Of a DNA stretch of 36,746 bases, positions 18,778 through 27,214 are shown one piece after another. Every line of letters starts with the position of its first letter. Within the stretch, counting starts at the first letter, position 1. The stretch is taken from the NCBI GenBank assembly GCA_038045965.1, contig JBBSXD010000002.1, forward strand, positions 1 through 36,746, given 5' to 3'. Source of the stretch: Nanobdellota archaeon. GTDB taxonomy: Archaea; Nanobdellota; Nanobdellia; Pacearchaeales; GW2011-AR1. Below the pieces are notes generated by a model, which saw nothing but the letters and a program-made list of their open reading frames with translations, was not told the origin of the DNA and ran no database searches. Made by a program: the position numbers and the translations under genes.

Positions 18778-19518
18778 CTAAAATTCAAAAATCTGTCCGG
18801 GCATTACAAATCCAGCAAACCCATCTTTTTTTACATCTTTTTTATCCCATCCATTACCAAGATGAACAAGATAAGTTTTTTCTTTAACTTCTTTAGGCAA
18901 TTCCCTTTTTAATTTATCATAAGGCATATGCACATCAGAATTAGTTTCAAAAAATTGGCAATCTTGAAATATTATTCTTGAATCATAAGAAGGCAATTCA
19001 ACACTATCTCCAGAATAAAATACTCCATTATCAAATCTTAATCCATAATTTTCCATACCCAAAACATGTAAAGTTGGAAATAAAAATAATTTAGGAATCC
19101 CAGGAATTTCTATCTCTTTTCCTATTTTAACTTCAAAATAATCGTCCAAAGTAGCATTAAATGGTTTATTATTTTCAGATTGCAACTTACCTAATCCTCC
19201 ACTTAAAGAATGTTCCCATAAATTATGAGCAAATTCATTGCTTGCTAAATATAAATTTATTCTATATTTTCCTCTTAGTTTATAACAAAAATAATTCATA
19301 AAAGCTACAGCTTCAATTCCTCCAATATGATCTGCATGAGTATGAGTTATCACAATATCACTAACATCTTTTAATCTATCTGACTCCATTAATTTAAAAG
19401 GAACTGTATATCCTACATCTACTAATAAATTTCTTTTTTCTGTTCCACTAACCATGAAACTTGTATTTCCTAATTTAGGATTTAATCCAGATCCTGTTCC
19501 AATCCATTCTATTTTCAT
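18778..19518 (-). CDS. MBL-fold metallo-hydrolase (RNase Z-like)
   Basis: GTGSG, LVDVG, THTHADHIGG, YSGD, VH, LVHL. Confidence 0.9.
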   Translation of the reverse strand: MKIEWIGTGSGLNPKLGNTSFMVSGTEKRNLLVDVGYTVPFKLMESDRLKDVSDIVITHTHADHIGGIEAVAFMNYFCYKLRGKYRINLYLASNEFAHNLWEHSLSGGLGKLQSENNKPFNATLDDYFEVKIGKEIEIPGIPKLFLFPTLHVLGMENYGLRFDNGVFYSGDSVELPSYDSRIIFQDCQFFETNSDVHMPYDKLKRELPKEVKEKTYLVHLGNGWDKKDVKKDGFAGFVMPGQIFEF

Positions 19519-19671
19519 ACTAATTTAAAAGAAAAGCCGTTTATAAATCTTTTCATATGTAATTACTATTAAGTTATGAAATTTATCTAATTAAATAAAT
19601 TTCTAAAAATAATCAAAAAATAAAAACCAAATACAAAAACTTAAATATACTCCAAAATAACTAGTATAATA

Positions 19672-19743
19672 CCCTCGGTAGTATAACGGTTATTACAGGT
19701 GGCTGTAGACCACTTGAAGCAAGTTCGACTCTTGCCCGAGGGA
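19672..19743 (+). tRNA. tRNA-Tyr(GTA), intronless
   Basis: CCCTCGG/CCGAGGG acceptor with archaeal C1-G72 and A73; GGTGG-CTGTAGA-CCACT; GCAAG-TTCGACT-CTTGC; short variable loop. Confidence 0.95.
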
Positions 19744-19756
19744 TGTATCAATATCG

Positions 19757-19791
19757 CACAACAATAATTAAATACTTGTTAAAATTAATAA
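19757..19791 (+). repeat. 35-bp direct repeat, copy 1 (contains TATA box)
   Basis: CACAACAATAATTAAATACTTGTTAAAATTAATAA, identical to 20344-20378. Confidence 0.93.
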
Positions 19792-19796
19792 ATCAA

Positions 19797-19955
19797 ATGG
19801 AAATAGTATCTATACCAAAAAAACAATACGAAGAAATGATAAGAGAATTAGAGAAACTAAGAAAAGAAAAACAAGAAATAGATTTTAATATAGAAAATCA
19901 GATTAAAGAAGGACTGGAAGATCTAAAAAAAGGAAGAATAATAAGACTAGCCTAA
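19797..19955 (+). CDS. Putative 52-aa antitoxin
   Basis: MEIVSIPKKQYEEM...IKEGLEDLKKGRIIRLA; start moved from 19743 (inside tRNA) to the ATG after the TATA box. Confidence 0.75.
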   Translation: MEIVSIPKKQYEEMIRELEKLRKEKQEIDFNIENQIKEGLEDLKKGRIIRLA

Positions 19956-20268
19956 TTATTCAATAAATTCTTTACATATTCTCTATAGAAATTTATTTCT
20001 GAGATTAATCTATCAATTGTCTCTTGTTGCGTTTTCTTATCACTTATTGCAACAACTAATACAACTTTCAAGTTTCAAATACAAAATAATATAATCTTTT
20101 TTCATCTATATGTTTCTCTCTTAATGATTTTATCTGCAATTGATCACCAGCATAAGGATTATTTTTCAACTGTTGAACTATATTCCTAATCCTTTCCTGT
20201 TGACTCAAAGATAATCTCAAAATAATTTTTTGATATAAAGATTGTAATGTAAAAACTAAATACGCCAT
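19952..20268 (-). pseudogene. RelE-like toxin with a single-base frameshift near 20070
   Basis: QLKNNPYAGDQL...LREK...KRLYYFVFE, then LKVVLVVAISDKKTQQETID...LLNN* in the -1 frame; one added base would give 105 aa. Confidence 0.75.
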
Positions 20269-20343
20269 AAATAGATATATGAATAAAGTTTAAAATATCT
20301 CCCATAAGATCATATTGACATATTTCTAGAATAATATTAAAAT

Positions 20344-20378
20344 CACAACAATAATTAAATACTTGTTAAAATTAATAA
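20344..20378 (+). repeat. 35-bp direct repeat, copy 2 (promoter of 20383..20751)
   Basis: Identical to 19757-19791. Confidence 0.93.
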
Positions 20379-20382
20379 GCTC

Positions 20383-20751
20383 ATGAAAAAGAGTGTATGT
20401 TTTTTAACATTTATAATATTACTAATTTCTACCATTTTAGTCTCTTCCATGAATTACTACAATGATGACTATTACAATAATTACAACTATTACAATTACA
20501 ATAAATATTTTATAGAAGAAGAAAACAAATTAACATCAAAAACTTTTTACATAGAAGACAGCAATGAAAATAACTATTACAGAACTTTCATTAATTATAA
20601 TCAACACCAAAGAGATTATTATATATACAAAACAGATTTTGAAAGGAAAGGAATATATTTAGATTTCTTTGATAGAGATTTGACATTACATACATATCTT
20701 AAAACAAAAAAAGAAGTTGTCTGTCCAGAAGGATGGATATGTAAAAAATAA
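20383..20751 (+). CDS. Secreted Tyr/Asn-rich hypothetical protein
   Basis: Signal peptide, NYY low-complexity run, C-terminal CPEGWIC. Confidence 0.7.
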   Translation: MKKSVCFLTFIILLISTILVSSMNYYNDDYYNNYNYYNYNKYFIEEENKLTSKTFYIEDSNENNYYRTFINYNQHQRDYYIYKTDFERKGIYLDFFDRDLTLHTYLKTKKEVVCPEGWICKK

Positions 20752-20829
20752 GAAAAATTTTAATCTATAAAAGAAATAAAAACTTTTAAAAACAATATAT
20801 TTCTTGAATTTTATCGATAATTAAGGAAA

Positions 20830-22011
20830 ATGTTATTATTAAGAAAATCAAGAAACAAAGATATATTATCAGAAATCTTTAGTCATGCAAGAATAAAGAT
20901 AAATGGAGATAATCCTTGGGATATTAATGTTCATAACCAAAGATTTTACGATAGAGTAATTTCAAATGGTTCTTTGGGATTAGGAGAATCTTATATGGAT
21001 GGAGACTGGGACTGTAACTCTCTAGATCAATTATTTGACAAAATAACTACTTATAATCTAAGAGCTCACGCAAAAGAAAACTATCCCCTATTAAATCTTT
21101 TAATTAGAAAAATTTTAAGCAATATAAACTCTGATAAATTAATGGATTTGCATTACGATCTTGGAAATGACTTATACATTGAAATGTTAGGGGGAAATCC
21201 AATGGAAACAGAAAATCATGCCTTCATGCAATATACTTGTTCATATAAAGGAAATGAAGAAAATAACAAGAAATTTAATCTAAGAAATTCTCAGATAAAT
21301 AAATTAGAATTAATTTGCAAAAAGGCAGATTTAAGAAGAGGAATGAAATTATTAGAATTGGGAAGCGGTTTTGGAGGATTTGCAAATTATGCTTCAAGAA
21401 ATTATGGAGTTGAAGTTACTTGTTATAATATTTCCAAACAGCAAATTGAATTCTCTAGAGAATGGAATAACAATCTACCTATAAAAATTATAAATAAAGA
21501 TTATAGATTAGCAGAAGGAAAATTTGATAGAATAATCTCTATTGGTTTAGCAGAGCATGTTAATTTAAAAGAATTAATGGAAATTGCACATTCATGTTTA
21601 TCTGAAAATGGATTATTTATTCTTCATAATATCGGGAAAATAAAATCAGAAAATTTTACGAATCCTTGGATAACCAAATACATTTTCCCAGGAGGAAATC
21701 TGCCCTCTATTTCTCAACTATCAAAAGCAACAGAAGGATTATTTACAATTTTAGATTTACATAATTTCGGACAAGATTATGATCCTACACTTATGGCTTG
21801 GAATGAAAATTTCCAATCTTCATGGCCAAGACTAGAAAAAAAGTATAATCAAAAAGTTAAAGGAAAATTTAAAAGAATGTGGGAATATTATTTATTATCA
21901 TGTGCAGGAGCATTCAGAGTTTCAGAAGAAAATCCAAAAGCGGTTAAGAATCAATTGTTCCAATTAGTTTTATCAAAAGCTCCATTAAAAAAATATATTT
22001 TTGTAAGATAA
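20830..22011 (+). CDS. cfa: Cyclopropane-fatty-acyl-phospholipid synthase
   Basis: NPWDINVHNQRFY, GSLGLGESYMDGDW, HYDLGNDLY, MQYTC, LELGSGFGG, WITKYIFPGG, FKRMWEYYLLSCAGAF. Confidence 0.92.
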   Translation: MLLLRKSRNKDILSEIFSHARIKINGDNPWDINVHNQRFYDRVISNGSLGLGESYMDGDWDCNSLDQLFDKITTYNLRAHAKENYPLLNLLIRKILSNINSDKLMDLHYDLGNDLYIEMLGGNPMETENHAFMQYTCSYKGNEENNKKFNLRNSQINKLELICKKADLRRGMKLLELGSGFGGFANYASRNYGVEVTCYNISKQQIEFSREWNNNLPIKIINKDYRLAEGKFDRIISIGLAEHVNLKELMEIAHSCLSENGLFILHNIGKIKSENFTNPWITKYIFPGGNLPSISQLSKATEGLFTILDLHNFGQDYDPTLMAWNENFQSSWPRLEKKYNQKVKGKFKRMWEYYLLSCAGAFRVSEENPKAVKNQLFQLVLSKAPLKKYIFVR

Positions 22012-22034
22012 AACTAATTTTATCATCAATAAAA

Positions 22035-22586
22035 TCACAAATTCGAACCCAATTTCTCAAACTTCACAATAGTTCTACAAGCTAATTTTGGGGTTACTTT
22101 TTTAATAAATCCTCTTACTTTATGAATATTATCTTCACTATTAAAATAAAGACTAAAAATTGACTGTCCATTTTTAACTACAGCAGCTCTCCCCTCTGAT
22201 GATCCAAAACCTTTGCTCATCCCAGTTTGCACTCTTTCTCCTTTTGAAGCTCCGCTAAAAACCCTATTATTTCTTAAGATATTATGAGGATAAACATTAA
22301 CTCTCATAAAAAAATCATTTTGAAATAGATTAGTCATATCTTTATTTAATCCTTGTCTTATAGCTTCTAAAGCCATATCTCTTATCTGAATGTTTTCTCC
22401 TGCAGAAATAGTTCCTTTTATTCTAAATTCTCCAGCCTCAAATTTCTTAATATTTCCAATGTTAAACTTTACAATTTTCTGAGGAGGAATTGTTTTAACA
22501 TAACTTTTCTGCAATTTTTTAGATTTTCTGGTATTAGAAACAGGTATTCTTTTAGAATATGCAGAAGCTTTTCTAGCATTTCCCAT
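22035..22586 (-). CDS. rpl10e: 50S ribosomal protein uL16 (L10e)
   Basis: QIRDMALEAIR, VYPHNILRNN, GERVQTGMSKGFG...GRAA. Confidence 0.93.
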   Translation of the reverse strand: MGNARKASAYSKRIPVSNTRKSKKLQKSYVKTIPPQKIVKFNIGNIKKFEAGEFRIKGTISAGENIQIRDMALEAIRQGLNKDMTNLFQNDFFMRVNVYPHNILRNNRVFSGASKGERVQTGMSKGFGSSEGRAAVVKNGQSIFSLYFNSEDNIHKVRGFIKKVTPKLACRTIVKFEKLGSNL

Positions 22587-22741
22587 TAATAATTCCTCCT
22601 TGAAGAATCATAATCGCCTAATTTTTCAACTAATCCAGAATATTTTTCTTCTTTAACATTATTTGGATCTCTATCACAACTACCAATCATTTCATGATAC
22701 CTTTTTATTTCTTCTGATTTTTCAGAACATCCACATCCCAT
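22586..22741 (-). CDS. 51-aa orphan protein coupled to L10e
   Basis: MGCGCSEKSEEIKRYHEMIGSCDRDPNN...DSSRRNY*; TAATG overlaps at both ends; contains AGGAGG upstream of rpl10e. Confidence 0.65.
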   Translation of the reverse strand: MGCGCSEKSEEIKRYHEMIGSCDRDPNNVKEEKYSGLVEKLGDYDSSRRNY

Positions 22742-23064
22742 TAATCAGCTCCTTGAAAACCAGAATCATCAGGAAAATCTATATCCATATCATCTTCAAT
22801 AAATTTATCTTTATCATAATTTTTAAAAGGAATCCATTCACAACTATCTCGATTAGAATCAGAAACACGAAAAAAATATAAATAACCTAAATTTTTTTCA
22901 TCAACTCCACTTGCATACAACTCCCCATTACGAGATTTATAAATTTTAGATAAGGGCATAGGGGGCATAGGAATATTTTCAGACAGCTCTCTAAGTTTAT
23001 ATTTATTAGTTCTATTATCAAAAAAAGGAATCAGCCTCAATCTATTTGTCCATCTATTTGTCAT
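22741..23064 (-). CDS. Hypothetical protein with acidic tail
   Basis: Starts 1 nt after the L35Ae stop; TAATG overlap downstream. Confidence 0.7.
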   Translation of the reverse strand: MTNRWTNRLRLIPFFDNRTNKYKLRELSENIPMPPMPLSKIYKSRNGELYASGVDEKNLGYLYFFRVSDSNRDSCEWIPFKNYDKDKFIEDDMDIDFPDDSGFQGAD

Positions 23065-23065
23065 T

Positions 23066-23323
23066 CTACGCTTTCACCTCTACATCCGTATTTCTTGATT
23101 GTCCAGGTAAACCTTTTTCAAAAATAGCTCTAACCAATCCTTTATTTCCATGAGGACTAGATATCTTTCCTTTTATAATTTTTCCAGCAGGTGAAGTCCA
23201 GACTACTTCTTTATCTAAAAATTTATTAGCTTCTTCGCGATTTTTAGTTCCAACATCTAACAAAAAATGTCTTTCATGGATTCTTCTTAATCCTCTCCTA
23301 AATTGTATAACTTTGCCTTTCAT
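23066..23323 (-). CDS. rpl35ae: 50S ribosomal protein eL33 (L35Ae)
   Basis: FRRG, GKISSPHGNKGLVRAIFEKGLPGQ. Confidence 0.95.
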   Translation of the reverse strand: MKGKVIQFRRGLRRIHERHFLLDVGTKNREEANKFLDKEVVWTSPAGKIIKGKISSPHGNKGLVRAIFEKGLPGQSRNTDVEVKA

Positions 23324-23352
23324 AGTAAACAGAAACCAAAGAAAAAATAGGT

Positions 23353-23685
23353 TTAAAAACTTATCTCCTTATTATCAGAAATAGAACTATTATCACTAAT
23401 TATTTTAGATTCACGGATAGTTGCACTACCTTCTAAACTATTATAAAATATTTCATAAGAAATTCCTCTTTCATCATAAGCATTCAAAGTTCCTACAGGA
23501 AGATAAGGAATTTCATCGATTCTTAATTTTAAAGTTCCTACTAATTTGCTATCTTCCATAACTTCCTCTTTAATATCTACATTATTATCTCTAACACTAT
23601 CTAAATAATTTCTAATAAAATAATCTCCAGCCCCCCCAAAAACTAATCCTACAATTAAAGACAATCCAGCCAATTTTTTATTCAT
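23353..23685 (-). CDS. Hypothetical membrane-anchored protein (110 aa)
   Basis: Start reassigned to MNKKLAGLSLIVGLV, downstream of AAAAGATTATAAA. Confidence 0.7.
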   Translation of the reverse strand: MNKKLAGLSLIVGLVFGGAGDYFIRNYLDSVRDNNVDIKEEVMEDSKLVGTLKLRIDEIPYLPVGTLNAYDERGISYEIFYNSLEGSATIRESKIISDNSSISDNKEISF

Positions 23686-23722
23686 GAATAAAATAATGAA
23701 AATAGATTTATAATCTTTTATG

Positions 23723-23831
23723 TCCGAAACGTTGAAAACCTCACCATTTATGGTGAGGTCGTTTCGGAGCATCCCAAAAAATTTCCATTTGAAAGAAAAA
23801 TCGCCAATCAGCGATTTTTCGGAAATTTTTT
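23723..23831. repeat. Double nested-hairpin element (IS200/IS605-end or REP-like)
   Basis: TCCGAAACG..ACCTCACCAT-TT-ATGGTGAGGT-CGTTTCGGA and AAAAAATTTCC..GAAAAATCGC-CAATCA-GCGATTTTTC-GGAAATTTTTT. Confidence 0.8.
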
Positions 23832-23837
23832 CTGATA

Positions 23838-25652
23838 CTATAAAGATATACTGAAATCTCCCAATTCTTTTCTTAAAATTTTAATAACTTCATCATCTAT
23901 AACTACCCTTCCTCCTCTATAATTAGAAAGAACTCCATTAAATTCGTTAACATCACTTTTTATAAATTTCCCATTTTCTATTTTACTAACATTCTGCTCT
24001 TCCACTAAAAAAGCAGGCTTAGTTAAAAATAATTCAGCATGTCTGTCTCCTTTATCATCTTTAAATGTTACAACAACTTTAGTTTTTTGCAATAATCCCA
24101 ATTCTTTTCTCTGAGCATATTCAGTAATATCTTGAATTAAATAAACACTTTCTTTTCTCAAACTTTCAAAATCATATTTACTAGGAACTTTCTTTCCTCC
24201 AAATTCTTTTTTCATAGATATAAGCTTGTTCAAAGTTTTGAGATATCTCGGATCTCCTTTCCCAGAATTAACTATTTCTTTCTCATAATTTTTAATTAAA
24301 ACCAACTCAGTATTTTTTCCAAACAAATTTTTCAATATATCAAAAACATTATCATAAATTTCCTTAAACAATTTCTCGGTCATTCTTTTTTCTAATTCTT
24401 CTCTTAACTGCTTAAGTCTGTCCAAATAATCTTGGTAATCTTTTAATAATTTATCTATTTCTTTTCCTGAAACCTCATTAACTTTCCCATGTTCAAATCC
24501 TTTATAATATTTAATTGCTATTTCATCTAATATATCCCAATATTTTTTCTCTAACAATTTTTCTTTATCCACAAAGATTCTTTTTACTTCAGCAACAGTT
24601 TCATAAACATTAGTTGGAGGAAGACCATAAAGCATTAATAAAGCTTGACTGGGAGTAATTATTCCCCAATAAATATCTCCAACAACAATATCTAACATCC
24701 TTCTTTTAACAATATCTTTAGTCTTATCTCCCATGCTCATAAACATATCTATAGATTCTGGACTAGGTCTTATCTTTCCCATTTTTAGCAATAATTTCCA
24801 AGGCAAAAATCCTCCTCTATCATAAATAGGAACTCCATCTCTCAAAAAAGTATAAAAAATAGGATTAGCATCTTTAACTCCTTCCCAAAATTCAGTAAGC
24901 AAATAGACTTGAGGAGATAATTTATTTTTAACTCCAGCTAACTCCCCAGCTTGCATAACATAACTATTTATTATATTTCTAAGTTTCTCTTTTAATTCAA
25001 GTCTAGGCATTCTTTTAACATCTGTATCATCAATTATAATATAAACATCCACATCGCTGGTTTGCAAAACTTCTCCTCTAACTAAACTTCCCCCAATAAC
25101 ATAACTATAAACATATTTCTCAAATTTTTTTAAAGCTAAACTTTTATGAATTTGTGCTACTCTCAAAGCTCCTAAAATACCTTTATCAAATAAAGGATAA
25201 GCCATTCCAATTGCTTCTATAATTTTATATTTGCTATCTAAACAGATATTCCACAAATCTATTTCTAAAAATATATTCAGCCATATCTTTAATTTATCCT
25301 CTTTAATTTTATTAAGAATATCAAGTTTAATTTCATTAAATTCTTTTTCCTTATCACTTGGTAAAATAACTACTAAGTGCATTAGTTTATCTTTTTTTTC
25401 TTCTTCTGTTAATTCATTTTCTTCATCAAACATATCTGCAGCTTGAGGAGGAATAATTCCTACAGCACTAACTTCTTTATGTTTTTTATTAATATATTTT
25501 TTTAAACTCTCAAGTTTTTCTCTAATCTTCTGCATTTCTTTGCTTTCAACAGAACCATTAACTTGAGGAATATCTGTTTTTTTCAACTCAGGATTTTGAT
25601 ATTTTTTATCTTCTAGCGAGCTTTCATCAGAATTATTTTGTCTTTCTTCCAT
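23838..25652 (-). CDS. Large pol-beta-type nucleotidyltransferase-domain protein with probable HEPN-like helical domain
   Basis: GGSLVRGEVLQTSDVDVYIIIDD; degenerate first NTase-like region; helical C-half with SQALLMLYG and YKGFEH. Confidence 0.8.
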   Translation of the reverse strand: MEERQNNSDESSLEDKKYQNPELKKTDIPQVNGSVESKEMQKIREKLESLKKYINKKHKEVSAVGIIPPQAADMFDEENELTEEEKKDKLMHLVVILPSDKEKEFNEIKLDILNKIKEDKLKIWLNIFLEIDLWNICLDSKYKIIEAIGMAYPLFDKGILGALRVAQIHKSLALKKFEKYVYSYVIGGSLVRGEVLQTSDVDVYIIIDDTDVKRMPRLELKEKLRNIINSYVMQAGELAGVKNKLSPQVYLLTEFWEGVKDANPIFYTFLRDGVPIYDRGGFLPWKLLLKMGKIRPSPESIDMFMSMGDKTKDIVKRRMLDIVVGDIYWGIITPSQALLMLYGLPPTNVYETVAEVKRIFVDKEKLLEKKYWDILDEIAIKYYKGFEHGKVNEVSGKEIDKLLKDYQDYLDRLKQLREELEKRMTEKLFKEIYDNVFDILKNLFGKNTELVLIKNYEKEIVNSGKGDPRYLKTLNKLISMKKEFGGKKVPSKYDFESLRKESVYLIQDITEYAQRKELGLLQKTKVVVTFKDDKGDRHAELFLTKPAFLVEEQNVSKIENGKFIKSDVNEFNGVLSNYRGGRVVIDDEVIKILRKELGDFSISL

Positions 25653-25694
25653 CCAATTATATAAAATCTTCGTTATATAAATCTTATTAATATT

Positions 25695-26804
25695 TCATTT
25701 AAAATTATTTGTAATATAATTGACTAACTTGCTTCCTATAACTTGAGTAGTTGCAGCTCCCACTCTAATATAAAACTCTTCATCTTTATAAAATCTTAGA
25801 AAAACGGGCTTTCTAGATTTCATACAATCTATTTTCATTATAGTTTTATCTTCTACTCTAATTAACTCAAAATGTAAATAAGGCAGATTTTCATTTCCTA
25901 TATATTCTTTAATTAAATTTGTAAAATGCAGATTAAATTTATCATTGCTCTGAAAATGATCTTTCTCGATTCCACATATAACTCCTTCATCCATAATTCC
26001 TATTAATAAAATTCCTCCCTCACTATTTAAAAAAGCAGCAATAGTTTTTAATACTGAATGTTCTATTTTTCTATCTTGCTCTCCAGTATGTAAATTAGTT
26101 CTAAGAGTTGATTTAAATTCCATTCTATCATTTTCTCCTTTTTTTATTAATTCTAGGACTTCTACAGGAGAATCAAATCTCTCAATAAATAAATTAGGAT
26201 TTTTAACTTTAAATCTTTTAATAAAATGTTTTAAAATTGGCAGATCATAATTTCTAAAATATCCTAAAGTTAAACTAGTAGCCAAAAAAGAACCTAAAAA
26301 AACAAATCCTAAACTTGCCATTGCATAATCATAATCTATTAATCTTATCTCGTAATCAAGATAAGTTTTAAGCAAAAATTTAACAAGTTCCGATAAAGCG
26401 CCAATACCCATTGAAGCACTTATTGCAATAATATAAATAAAAAAAGAATTAATTTTTATTCTGCTGTTTTTAGATATTATAAAAATAAATGCTAAACTAA
26501 AAAATCCTATAGCCAATCCAAAAAATAATTGGATTATAATTCCCTTTATATCTCCAAGAAAAAAAGATAATAACACAAAACCTAATAAAATAAATTCCAC
26601 CTCTCTCGGTAATTCTATATTATATTTAATTGCTATAGCCGGAACTAAAACAAGAACTAAAAGTAATAAATCTATAAACAAGACTCTCCACTGATGCGAA
26701 TAAATTGCATAAGCTATAGAAATCATCAAGATTATTCTTACTATATATGATAACGGCTTCTGAACTCTAGCAGCATTATTATAAATTATTTCTTCAAAGC
26801 TCAT
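25695..26804 (-). CDS. Multi-pass membrane protein fused to a C-terminal AlbA_2/Schlafen domain
   Basis: About six TM helices, then KGENDRMEFKS, IAAFLNSEGGILLIGIMD, FYIRVGAATT. Confidence 0.88.
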   Translation of the reverse strand: MSFEEIIYNNAARVQKPLSYIVRIILMISIAYAIYSHQWRVLFIDLLLLVLVLVPAIAIKYNIELPREVEFILLGFVLLSFFLGDIKGIIIQLFFGLAIGFFSLAFIFIISKNSRIKINSFFIYIIAISASMGIGALSELVKFLLKTYLDYEIRLIDYDYAMASLGFVFLGSFLATSLTLGYFRNYDLPILKHFIKRFKVKNPNLFIERFDSPVEVLELIKKGENDRMEFKSTLRTNLHTGEQDRKIEHSVLKTIAAFLNSEGGILLIGIMDEGVICGIEKDHFQSNDKFNLHFTNLIKEYIGNENLPYLHFELIRVEDKTIMKIDCMKSRKPVFLRFYKDEEFYIRVGAATTQVIGSKLVNYITNNFK

Positions 26805-26918
26805 AGGGACTCTTTTTTAACAAATTAACATATATTCAAAGCATTTAAGTTTTGTTGTAATCATTAGCATAAAAACAATTTCAGAAAGATTTAAAAAATC
26901 AAATTATCTTAAAAAAAA

Positions 26919-27074
26919 ATGAAGATAATAAAATGCGAAGAATGTGGTGAGAACTTTGAGACTATGCCTCATCCAAAATTTATCAGAAAATATTGTGATA
27001 AATGTAGTTTAGAAAGAAAAAAAGCTTATGAAGATATAGATAAAATCAAATTTGAAGATTGCGATGATGAATAA
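26919..27074 (+). CDS. 51-aa zinc-ribbon microprotein
   Basis: MKIIKCEECGENFETMPHPKFIRKYCDKC...KFEDCDDE; upstream GAAAGATTTAAA; stop abuts tRNA-Gly 3' end. Confidence 0.8.
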   Translation: MKIIKCEECGENFETMPHPKFIRKYCDKCSLERKKAYEDIDKIKFEDCDDE

Positions 27075-27145
27075 TGCGACATACGAGAATCGAACTCGTA
27101 TTCCATCGTTGGCAACGATGTGTTCTGCCACTAAACTAATGTCGC
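27075..27145 (-). tRNA. tRNA-Gly(GCC)
   Basis: GCGACAT/ATGTCGC, CATCG-TTGCCAA-CGATG, ACGAG-TTCGATT-CTCGT, A73. Confidence 0.97.
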
Positions 27146-27214
27146 TTGAATAACAATTTTAATAAACATCTCTTTATAAAATTAATTCCTTTTAATAAAT
27201 AATGAAACTCCCTA

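Noticed and set aside
19743-19796. N-terminal extension of the 70-aa ORF
   Set aside because: Starts on the tRNA-Tyr discriminator base and runs through the promoter repeat; ATG at 19797 fits better
19757-20378. 35-bp repeats as a CRISPR array
   Set aside because: Only two copies, 552 bp apart, with genes between them and no cas genes
23686-23772. First 29 codons of the 139-aa ORF
   Set aside because: They run through the hairpin element and the TATA box; the signal-anchor start is at 23685
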